Positions 1-9,557 of a stretch of 17,720 bases of DNA are shown here, piece after piece. The position numbers were made by a program, and so were the translations under genes. Each line of letters opens with the position of its first letter. Within the stretch, counting starts at the first letter, position 1. Source of the DNA: Ginkgo biloba. Its lineage: Eukaryota > Plantae > Ginkgophyta. The stretch is from positions 22,410,892 to 22,428,611 of the forward strand of contig JANKJI020000004.1 of the NCBI GenBank assembly GCA_024626585.2. The letters run 5' to 3'. The notes under the pieces are model-generated. The model had not been told where the DNA came from, made no database searches, and was given only the letters and a program-made list of their open reading frames with translations.

Positions 1-1871
1 GCACATGGTATTACTAACCATTAGTACTTAGTCTCTAACATAATTTTCAGTTGGCATGTGATTTAAGTCGCACACTATATCAAGAATACTTCTAGGCTAT
101 TTTCACCATTTTAAGTAAAATTTTGTAAAATATTCACCCATTAAAAATAAAGATTTGTCTTTGTTTCTACATACTAAAGTTATTTTATATGAAACAACCA
201 ACTAAATAAAATACACAAACCTATAAAACTTTAGTTTTCATAGGAACTTAAGCCAAATAATNNNNNNNNNNNNNNNNNNNNNNNNNNNNNNNNNNNNNNN
301 NNNNNNNNNNNNNNNNNNNNNNNNNNNNNNNNNNNNNNNNNNNNNNNNNNNNNNNNNNNNNNNNNNNNNNNNNNNNNNNNNNCAAAGGCATATAAGAGTC
401 GCAATATGATTAAACATTTGCTTCATTATTTCACGTTTTCATATGACTCACCAAGGCAAATTTACAGCAGATTTAGATCTATTCACTAAGGTTGATTTGT
501 ACATCCATGCCACTAGTGCAAATATGAGCAACAACAATAATTTATTTCATAGATAGTATGTCTCATTGCAACAATTTTTTGTAGAATATAAGAATATGTG
601 GTAAAAATTTCGTACCAATAACACTAAAATGCAATGGTGATAATTAATCTAGTTGAATTTGCCATTTAATATGCTTAGTGAATCTAGTTTGTATACACAA
701 TAAATTTCTTTCCCAAGTTTGAAAATTTTAGTACTTTGTGGATGGTAAATGCCAATGAAATATCAATTGAAGCCACATCACATATAACTTTTTAAAAATC
801 ACTACACTTGTTATCATTTCAATGGGTGAAGTAAAATGGGAGCCTCTTAAGGTGGGGAGTTCAAACTTGATCCTAACAGAATTTCTTGAATGAGAATAAG
901 ACTATATAAAATTGATCCTCTAAGGCCAAGTGGTACATAAGATATGTCCTCCAAAGTGTAAATATGCCAATGTTTCATACGACAAAAGTTAGAAACACAA
1001 GTCAATCTCACTTCGCTTCTAAAATCTCTAGAAAAGTACATGCTAAGCAACATAGCCCTCGAAAAAGGGTATGAAAGCCCAGAGGCAAAAAGTTCACCCA
1101 TATAATTTGAAAGACATCCTCTTTTCTATCACTAAGGGGAATAAAAGCTACCTATTGTCTTACATTTCAAAAGAAGGAAAGGAAAAGGGTTATTGAAAAC
1201 TCTTATTATTTCTTAAGATCCCTTTTCTTTTCCTTACCTCTCTACATAGGACTAAGGTGGCTCAAAAATTTATTTTTACAATTTTGAGCAACCTTAGACA
1301 TGTCCAAAATCTCTTTTCATAGTAAATTTTCCCTAGCCTACAATGTGAAAACCCCACAAAATATGATTGATTATAAATGAATATTCTACTACACCAAATT
1401 CTCCCCAATATTTGTAGAATTTATTTTGTAATATTTTTTTTCCTTAATCCATGCAAATGTCATCTAGATCAACTTAGTGCATAATATGCATTGATGATGT
1501 ATTTGTGATTTTTAAAGAATGAAATAATTTTATCATCTTTAAAGAATCCTTACTTGTTTCACCTATCTTTTCAAGTTACCAAAAATACATGTACCATGAT
1601 GTCTTTATATTTTTAACTTCCCAGATATTTTCAATTAAAGCTTATCTTTTCATACTTTTATTGATAATTATTATTACATTATCCCATTCTTTGGAAATTC
1701 TCTGCTTGAGCTTTAGTACATGAACCTTGAAATAGAAATCCTATCTTGTGCCTTATATGTAATACTTAGAANNNNNNNNNNNNNNNNNNNNNNNNNNNNN
1801 NNNNNNNNNNNNNNNNNNNNNNNNNNNNNNNNNNNNNNNNNNNNNNNNNNNNNNNNNNNNNNNNNNNNNNN

Positions 1872-3397
1872 ATAGGCCTTTCACTTCATAATTCTTGTAG
1901 GAAGCTCACCCTAAATATACCTGCAGACTGGAGACATCACTTACCGAACTGGCTCAAGGTGCAGGTTGGGCATCATTTCACTCAAGAATTTACCTATGTT
2001 GGATTGGACATGGAGCTTCTTAATGAAGAGGAAGATCTCCTCTAGATGAGCTTGGAAATCAGTCTATGAGCCACTAGATGGGGTAAAATATGACCTGCGG
2101 GCTATGGGCACCCGTCTTAGCTATTGGAAAAGAAATTATGTGGAGCGGCCCTTTATCCTATCCCCATATCCCTTATACCTATCATAATCAGATTCGATCT
2201 AAGAGATGTTGATGATGAATTCCTTAAACTAGACAATTTCCTTGGATATAATCTGGGTATGCTTGGCTAAGATGGGGTCCAAAAACTCTTTCATATATTG
2301 TGCCCTCTCCACCTTTCTTTCCATGCCTATGAAAAAATCATAGAGGGCTTCATTTCCTTGCTCCTCTATGGATACCAATTATCTTACAAATTGATTGGTA
2401 AATTCTCCCAAAGTTGCACCCATCTCTACTTCTGAGGGGAAGGAGTTATCAGGCTTCACCATCAGGGGAAGTGCGACATTATCCAATAAGGTCCCGGTAT
2501 TATATGATGATGACTCCAACTATCTATCCACTGAAATCAGTGGAGCATTGTCATCCTCTAGTGCCTGCCTAGTTTTGGCCAAGATATTCTCATAGGTGAC
2601 AACCTCATCTAGCTCTAGTAATGATAGATTAGGTAGTAGGTTCCTACGGTCCACTCTCCCAAGGGTGGATAACTTGAACTCCCATTCACTTACCTATTCC
2701 AATGAGACTTCAATCCTGCGATGGATCTCTTTACCTCTTCCTCAATCCGCTTCTACCAGCATGAAGGACCAATATAAGTCTTTGATAGAGCTTGTTATCT
2801 CAACTCCCATTGAAGGTGAAGCCATAATTCTATCTTGGCCTTGTACTAGTTCCAACTATATCCTTTCCACTGCTTCCTCCAATATTTTGTTCGTTAGTTG
2901 AACTATGGATACTAGGTCTATTATCAACTCCCTGTCATCTATGCTAATGCTTCAAGTCTCCTTCTTCCTCTTCCATGTCAAGAATAATAAATTCTCCTCC
3001 ATTTGGAAGGTGGTGACTTGGTCCCTAGTCCTAATCTTTCTCTTAGTGACTTTATTCAAGCTTTTGATGGCCCTGTCATATTCCAATGTTACCTTAGGAG
3101 GATTGGGAGTAGTAGAGCCTACTTCCTCAGCCTTGGCGAACTGTATTTTGATCCATTTTAATTTACTTACCATGGATGATAGGGTAAAAGGTGGAGTATC
3201 TTCTAGTGAGGAACATCAATAAGTTCTATGAGGGGTGCCATCCCAAGCTTTATTGTAGGGGAAGTGGGGAGTGAGGATCCTAGGATGCTCATGGTGATCA
3301 TGGCCTTGGGTGTGGACAAGGGCCTAGTGAATATAGGAGTAGGGATTATGAATTTAGGTGATCCAAAAAGGGTTGGCCTAAGGGAGAAACAGATCAA
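1872..3397 (-). mobile_element. Decayed long ORF (about 500 codons; Pro/Ser/Thr-rich N-part, then a charged helical region), probably a retrotransposon accessory ORF lying 3' of P450 exon 3
   Basis: One minus frame runs from about 3210 to about 1880 without frameshift (...LVSIVQLTNKILEEAVERI*LELVQGQD...SIEEQGNEALYDFFIGMERKVERAQYMKEFLDPILAKH...). It has about a dozen internal stops, each one C>T change from CAG/CAA/CGA. A frameshift near 3210 links it to ORF 3203-3397. No catalytic motif was recognised. Confidence 0.5.
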
Positions 3398-4711
3398 GTC
3401 CTTTAAAAAGAATCAAAACTCAAATTAGGAACTAATATATTGTGATCATTATCAATGATTTTCAGACCATTGATGATGTGAATCCTAAAATATATATTGT
3501 TCACTTTTGAGGTTTTTCATAAGCCTTGAAATATCTTTGCCAGATCTTTTTAGGCTTATCCACGTGAAACTTTGAGAGAGAAAAATGTACACAATGTTAT
3601 ACAGAAGAAGAAGTTAATTTTTTCCATTTAAAGTAGGAACGAGAAAAGGATGCACAATTCAAATAAATAATGGCTATTGAAGAAATGCATTAAAAGGAAA
3701 AATACAAGTATTTGATTAAAATTATTTTGCATTCAAAGAAAGTTGGTTTTTTTGCAATTCAAAGTTGAAATGAAAGTTGTAAACAGTGTTGAAAGTTGAC
3801 GACTGCCCTTGCTTGTCAATATGCGTATTGCATTTCTATTGACATTTTGAAAAAAATGAATGGAAGTCAATATGAATTTCCACCATGTGTATCTTGTTAA
3901 ACCTCAACCCTTTAGAAGACGGTATAACAATGAAGGAATATGGTAACATTATTAGACTAGTGTTTCAGGCTTCATTGCAAGCACCAAGGGGTGCGTGACT
4001 ACCTAATATTCTGACTTTACTATTTGAATTTTTTATATTATATTAAATTTTCATTTCAACAGTCCAACTACCTCCCTTTAAAAGAAGTTCAACGAGAGCA
4101 TCTAACATTTAGATTTGTTGTAAGAGAGGTTGGGAATCAACTCTAAGCTTGTTTCTCTCTTTCTTTCTCTCTCTCTCATTTTGTTATTAACAAATTTGAC
4201 GACCAAATCAATACATCAAAAGTCATTTTTACATTTTAAAAGTTTTATTGGATGTCGGAGATGACAGGTTAATTTTATTTTTTTTATCTTTGAAATGACA
4301 AAAAAACACCCAACGACAAGCAAACGGGTGTCAAACTCCAAGCCTGGTTGTAAATAGCAAAAGAAGGAAAGAGACAGCAATGATAAAGGCAGTCACATGC
4401 ATAGGTGANNNNNNNNNNNNNNNNNNNNAGGTGAAATCTCTGCAGACTATTCACATTCAAAAATATTAAAAATAAAACTAAAGGACAAAATGGGAAACTC
4501 GTTCATTAAATACTTTTTTTGTACTAAAACCAACATATTGACTAATTTTGTTAAGTGGGCCCTAAATAATTCACCTACTCATTCAATGTGTCAACAAACA
4601 ATGTGGCCCAACTACGTTAAATAATTCACTCATATATTCAATCATTGAATGTAAAACAATCTACCCAAAAAGCAATTCAACAGTGTGCAGAATAAGAAGG
4701 GAATATGTTGC

Positions 4712-4963
4712 CTGCTAATGAGAGCATAAACACTTCGGGGAGCTTCAGTTGCAACAAGTGCTTGCTCAGCTTGCATATCAAATATATGTTTTCCTTCTGC
4801 NNNNNNNNNNATAGCTGCTGCCAAACAGAGTATGTGCCAGAATGTCTTCTGTTAGACTCTGAAACTCTTTGCAAACCTCAATTTCTTTTGCATCTGACTC
4901 AGTTGGCTCTGCCCATTTATCCAGCATATTGGATGTACTTGCAGCAATTAGTGGCAACATGCT
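4712..4963 (-). CDS. P450 exon 3
   Basis: Acceptor TTGACTAG|AGC at 4964/4963. Reads SMLPLIAAST...FGSSY-AEGKHIFDMQ; removing the 10-N placeholder (4801-4810) restores the FGSSYxEG motif in frame. Ends at the conserved phase-2 Arg codon, AG|GCAACA (GC donor). Confidence 0.88.
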
Positions 4964-7499
4964 CTAGTCAATCCAACAAATAATACAATAAATTAATATT
5001 AATATTAATATATAGACCAATTTCAATTTTTCTAGCAGTAGCTAAGTTTGTTAAAAAGGAGTAGATATATCATTTTTTTNNNNNNNNNNNNNNNNNNNNT
5101 GTTTTGAGCTAATATAGTAGTAGTGTACAAAAAATCATATGAAACTCATTGATGAAATTATGATAAGCTTAAATCAGCTCGAAAACATCATGTATTAAAC
5201 TGCTTTAAGCTTACAAAAAAAAAGAACATGAAAACTAAACTGATCATATTGCAAAATGGGTAATTAAATTACAAATGAAAATTAAAGCAAACCTTCAAAT
5301 GTTCAATATGGAAAGCTGGATTTATGATTCTCCTATGTTGAGCCNNNNNNNNNNNNNNNNNNNNNNNNNNNNNNNNNNNNNNNNNNNNNNNNNNNNNNNN
5401 NNNNNNNNNNNNNNNNNNNNNNNNNNNNNNNNNNNNNNNNNNNNAAATCCCACGACCGACATGTCAAGGAAAATTCTACGACCGACATGGCAAGGAAAAT
5501 TTGATGGCCGATGAGGGGAAATTTTCAAAGGCCAAACTGATATAATATAATAAGAAAAAAAATGATAGAGGGACTCTAATAGACCATAATAAAAAATCCA
5601 ATAGTTATCAATTACACATTGGTTTAACTACCCGCATGACTGTAAAATGCGGAGATCAGGAAGACTAAAAGAGAGAGAACGAATGTAGAACTAGACTGAC
5701 AAACAACTTAGATGGAGAGTAACAAAGCAATAGATAAAGAAGTCTTTTTCTCTGTAAAGACAGACAGAGAACAAATCTAACAAAGTGAAGGGTGGATTTG
5801 AAGACTGATAGACCTACACATTGGTCAGATATGAACATAATGTGTACAAATTTGGAAATGAATCTCATTGACAGTCCATAAGACACACATCTAATGTACT
5901 TCATTGTTGCATATTGTTGCTAATAAAATTCTAGTGTTTTTTTTCCCAAGAGGGTTTCTCCAGTTAAAAATTATTTTTTTTGTGTATCAATTTATGTGTT
6001 TCCAGATTTATATCTTTTCATTTTTTTTAAGTTTTTAGACATGATTAAGACTACACATATAAACAAAAACACAAACTAATAATTGTATCAAACAATTAAA
6101 CTAAAATCTTAAATCTGTAATTGATTATATTGGGAGATTTTGACTCACCCACTAAAAATATGGATCACACATAGTTATACTAAACTCTATGAAGAACAAG
6201 GAGAAAGTGAACATCCCCCTCTTCCTACTCAAATCCTCAGAGAAGTCAGTGAAAGCAGTTAAAGCGGGTAAAGGGAAATCTCCTCTTCATTAGGGACTTA
6301 TGAAGATGCTGGTGGACTTTGAATTGAACAGGAAAGGTATGATGGTGGGACCCTCTAAAGGTGGTTTTTTCAGGATTAGTGGGACTCCCATCTCCAAAGC
6401 ATAACTTCTTGTGGGCCCGACCCCGTCTTCTCCTTTATTGATATTAGGTGACATGGTGTTAAACTCTGATGGGGATTCTAGAAGTCTAGAAGAGGAATGT
6501 CTAAATGCCAATCTTAAATAAGGGGGAGGAAGGAAGAGAAAACCCCCTACCCAGGTTCTAATTTCTAATATTGTAAAATGTAGTAGGAGATCTTTTAGGT
6601 TACAAAGGAAGAATGCAGAAAAGGTAAAATTTATGGATGATGCTGAGTGCTCAGATGAAGAGCGCAATTATGATAATCTAGGTCTTTTGGGAGAAAGGAG
6701 TAGCTCCTTGAAGGTGTCAGTTATAACTCCTTCAGATCAAGGTCCTACAAAGATCCCTGAAGGCTCCCATTCTCTTTTTGAGGAGTTGCATTGTCATCTG
6801 AGGGTACTAAATGGTTTAGGTCCTTATCTCATAAGAATATGAGTTTCAACTACGTTATCATCCTAACCTTTCCAATATTGGATTTGATGCATTATCTCAT
6901 AAACCTTCAAATGTTCAATATGGAAAGCTGGATTTATGATTCTCCTATGCTGAGCCCACCTATCTCCTTCCAAGCTCACAAGACCATCCCCATTTAATTG
7001 TTTCATTTGGGTACTTTTCTTGTAGATCCCCGATTTATTACACAATACTTCCCAAATAAGATCTGGGTCTGTAATATTCAATCTGACAGTGGAGCCGAAC
7101 CAGTGAATATAAGTCTGGCCTGTCACACAAACCCCAAAAACAAGTCAAACAAGAGAAATCACAAATATCATAGCAGTCTGATCTAGACCATGAATATAAA
7201 TAAATGTATGAAAATCACCATATCTTTTAGTCCACTGATCATAAAATGGCAGAGCTCGAGGAATAATATCGTGGGAGAGCTCCATAGGCCTGGACATTGC
7301 CTGCTCTTTCATCTGGAGCATATCAAACATATTACCATACACAAATTTATAAGGAGGACCTCTAATCCCCTGAAACTCAAAATGCTTCTTCNNNNNNNNN
7401 NNNNNNNNNNNNNNNNNNNNNNNNNNNNNNNNNNNNNATCAACAGTCCACAACAACCAAAAGCTGCAGTAATCATAACCCACAACAACAATTTCTCCAT
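4712..7499 (-). CDS. Cytochrome P450, CYP72 clan (CYP734A/CYP721/CYP709-like, possibly gymnosperm CYP866); 5' partial gene, exons 1-3, possibly a pseudogene
   Basis: Spliced translation: MEKLLLWVMITAAFGCCGLL[gap]KKHFEFQGIRGPPYKFVYGNMFDMLQMKEQAMSRPMELSHDIIPRALPFYDQWTKRYG/QTYIHWFGSTVRLNITDPDLIWEVLCNKSGIYKKSTQMKQLNGDGLVSLEGDRWAQHRRIINPAFHIEHLK/SMLPLIAASTSNMLDKWAEPTESDAKEIEVCKEFQSLTEDILAHTLFGSSY[gap]AEGKHIFDMQAEQALVATEAPRSVYALISR. It shows an N-terminal membrane anchor, the GPPY hinge, the WxxxR C-helix (WAQHR) and FGSSYxEG. Intron phases 1, 0 and 2 match the CYP72-clan five-exon layout. The family-level call is from recollection, not a search. Confidence 0.9.
5293..5344 (-). pseudogene. Second copy of the P450 exon-2 3' end (AQHRRIINPAFHIEHLK) with its own GT donor; cut off by a 100-N gap
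   Basis: 5289-5344 matches 6901-6956 at 55/56 nt. The single difference is synonymous (CAA vs CAG, Gln). The intron sequences diverge right after GTTT. Confidence 0.8.
5445..5520 (+). repeat. 26-bp minisatellite, about 3 copies, truncated by a gap
   Basis: aaatcccacgaccgacatgtcaagga / aaattctacgaccgacatggcaagga / aaatttgatggccgatgagggga. Confidence 0.75.
5640..6150 (+). mobile_element. Possible LTR remnant
   Basis: Non-coding. It contains 'gagggtttctccagttaaaa...tgtgt' and ends in 'tgactcaccc', resembling the tgattcacccccc motif near the ends of plant LTRs. Recognised by pattern only. Confidence 0.3.
6149..6842 (+). mobile_element. Decayed LTR-retrotransposon accessory ORF fragment (putative plant transposon protein-like)
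   Basis: One frame reads KYGSHIVILNSMKNKEKVNIPLFLLKSSEKSVKAVKAGKGKSPLH*GLMKMLVDFELNRK...GGGRKRKPPTQ...CSRRSFRLQRKNAEKVKFMDDAECSDEE..., with TAG/TAA stops at plausible Gln positions. The H-x-x-x-LN...NxPxxLL...LHQGLxK pattern resembles extra ORFs I recall from conifer retroelements. Confidence 0.55.
6905..7119 (-). CDS. P450 exon 2 (215 bp)
   Basis: Acceptor TGTGACAG|GC at 7120/7119 after a 99-bp intron. Encodes QTYIHWFGSTVRLNITDPDLI...GDGLVSLEGDRWAQHRRIINPAFHIEHLK. Donor AAG|GTTT at 6905/6904. Confidence 0.93.
7219..7499 (-). CDS. P450 exon 1 (membrane anchor, proline hinge)
   Basis: ATG at 7499 with a hydrophobic N-terminus. After the N gap (7392-7437) it reads KKHFEFQGIRGPPY...SHDIIPRALPFYDQWTKRYG. 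Donor G|GTGATT at 7219/7218. The frame is off by 1 across the 46-N gap, whose length is probably only an estimate. Confidence 0.88.
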
Positions 7500-7745
7500 T
7501 CTTCTGCCCAAATGTTATTTACTCAAATGTTGCAACTCCTCGTTGCAGTTCAAAACAATGCCATCTGATCTGAGATGCGATAATTTCATTAAAATTTCAT
7601 ACCGAGAAACCATTTATTTCCTGTTATTCACTGGCCGACCTAAAANNNNNNNNNNNNNNNNNNNNNNNNNNNNNNNNNNNNNNNNNNNNNNNNNNNNNNN
7701 NNNNNNNNNNNNNNNNNNNNNNNNNNNNNNNNNNNNNNNNNNNNN

Positions 7746-8348
7746 CAAACAACGGTTATGTCCAATCTTCCTAGAATTTTCACCACTTAAGATAACTCAT
7801 CCCTCCTCAAATCAATGGCTTCGGATGAGATTATAACAACCCTCTGATCAATGCAACCCAATAAAGCATTAGGTCCTGATGGCTTTCAATTATACTTTTA
7901 ATTAATATGATGGGAAATTATCAAGTTAGATCTTCTAGATTTGGTCAAAGAATCTCACTTATAAGGCACTATTCTTGGCTCTACCAACTCAACCTTCCTA
8001 TCCCTCATCCCCAAGAATTGAAACCCCATAANNNNNNNNNNNNNNNNNNNNNNNNNNNNNNNNNNNNNNNNNNNNNNNNNNNNNNNNNNNNNNNNNNNNN
8101 NNNNNNNNNNNNNNNNNNNNNNNNNNNNNNNNNNNNNNNNAAATTCTACGATAACATTATTCTCACCCAAGAGGCCCCCACTCATGCCAAATCAATAAGG
8201 TAAATATCTTGATAGCCAAAGTCAATTTAATTAATGCCTTCGATCATCTAGACAAAACCTTCATCTTAAAAAAATAGGCTTTAATCCTTAGATAGTAACA
8301 TAGATCAAAGCTTACATTAAAAACCCCAAAGTTACAGTCTTGGTAAAT
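7746..8348 (+). mobile_element. Non-LTR retrotransposon (L1/Tx1-type LINE) ORF2 reverse transcriptase fragment, degenerate
   Basis: Motifs in order: DEIITTL*SMQPNKALGPDGF (KAPGPDGF), WEIIKLDLLDLVKES...TNSTFLSLIPK, DNIILTQEA, LIAKVNLINAFDHL (KLDxxxAFD), GF...IKAYIKTP..VLVN. Contains stops and frameshifts. Confidence 0.92.
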
Positions 8349-8425
8349 NNNNNNNNNNNNNNNNNNNNNNNNNNNAGACATGACACAACCACACAATGGA
8401 AGACGATTCTTTACTAGGCAGTGCA

Positions 8426-9261
8426 TGATGTCCTAGACTAATGAAGTGGCACTTGAACAAATTTGTGCATGAGCAAAGAATGAACTTTCATTAATTCAAC
8501 CTTGAAGGGATTATACAAATACATTACAAAATTTACAGATACATGATGTTTATTCTCCTTTCATAGAAGGATTTATCAAATATTATATCCTCTAGAAAAG
8601 CTATACTCTTTGCTTATCTTGTATCTCCTTCACTTTTCTTATTTGTTACTCTCTTCTACCTCCTTCCCTCGTTTAATATCCTCTCTTTCGCATGCTTGAA
8701 CTCCACCTAACATTCCCATTTAAACCTCTAATTGGTAATTAATTAAGATCATCATTAATTCCTTTGCACTTGTATTTACCTACCATCCTCATACTCCAAA
8801 AATATCCCACTTATAAAACATTTACTCGAAGGGGTACGACCAACTACCACTTTCAATGCTTAGGTTTTGAATTACCTGTTGTGATTATTTTCCTCCGCCC
8901 AAGCTTGGCTCATAATTATTGGTCCTCCTTGACATTTTCATCGATGCTCTTAGTCATTAGGTGCCATCAGTCCTTTGTCTTCCATCCTTTTAACTATTGT
9001 TAATGTCAATCATCTGACTATTTATTCTCTCTTATTATTGATGTTATTTATCATTGTCAGTCTCCTTCTTATGGACCTTCTCGTCGTCTACCAAACCTTT
9101 TCTCTACTCATCGGTTATTGTCGGTGTTGTCTTATTACCATCCTTCTATCGTCACACTATCAATCATCAATGTTGAATGTCAATGTTGATTGTTAATTGT
9201 TGGCTTCCCAAAATTACAATATAACCAAAAAAATGGTGATGCTCCTACATCATCCTCCCCT
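8426..9261 (-). mobile_element. Polypurine tract (AGGGGAGGA, 9261-9253) and 3' LTR (about 827 bp, 9252-8426) of the CRM-like element
   Basis: About 10 nt after the chromodomain stop: AGGGGAGGA|TGATGT. A matching ACATCA ends at 8426 on the minus strand. TGATG...CATCA termini are characteristic of CRM elements. No PBS follows 8426, consistent with a 3' LTR. An alternative CATCA end lies at 8544. Confidence 0.7.
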
Positions 9262-9271
9262 GACACAAAAT

Positions 9272-9557
9272 TTACATGAGCTCCTGCTCATACTGCTTCT
9301 CAAAATTCATCCATTTCTTTTCGTCCAACTTTTTAAAATCCCCCTCAGTGATCCATGTGATTTCCTCTAATGGCAACTCTTTCCATTTCACCATATATCT
9401 GTGATAGCATCCCCCTCTCATCTCTTCCACCCTTTGGTTGAAGACTTCTTCAACCACTTCTTTCTTCTTCATCAGTAGGTGATGTCACCAATTATTTGCT
9501 TCCTCCTCTAGTTCTTCATCCTTCCCTAGACATTTATACAAGTTGGTAATATTGAAT
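9272..9557 (-). mobile_element. Ty3/gypsy chromovirus (CRM-like) integrase C-terminus with chromodomain
   Basis: FNITNLYKC (FNVxDLxxY of the GPY/F region), followed in frame (one stop) by VEEVFNQRV...YHRYMVKWKELPLEEITWITE (the YLVKW...ETWxxE chromodomain). Confidence 0.88.

Noticed and set aside
238-426. ORFs spanning N runs (also 5275-5528, 7543-7836, 10780-11008, 11916-12212, 13427-13735)
   Set aside because: Their length is an artefact of translating through gaps.
2395-3428. Four consecutive plus-strand ORFs
   Set aside because: Ser/Leu/Ile-rich antisense shadows of the decayed minus-strand ORF, with no recognisable domain.
3956-4350. Helitron-like 3' ends (CTAG plus weak hairpin at 3957-3990; ACACCC/GGGTGT hairpin plus CTGG at about 4287-4347)
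   Set aside because: Stems are only 4-6 bp, the orientations conflict, and no 5' TC end or RepHel sequence was found.
4801-4810. Apparent frameshifts in P450 exon 3 (and exon 1, 7392-7437)
   Set aside because: Both coincide with N gaps of uncertain length, so they are not evidence of pseudogenisation.
4150-5015. (CT)n tract near 4153-4177, TAAATAATTCAC repeat at 4563/4618, and (ATTAAT)n near 4991-5010
   Set aside because: Ordinary low-complexity intronic sequence.
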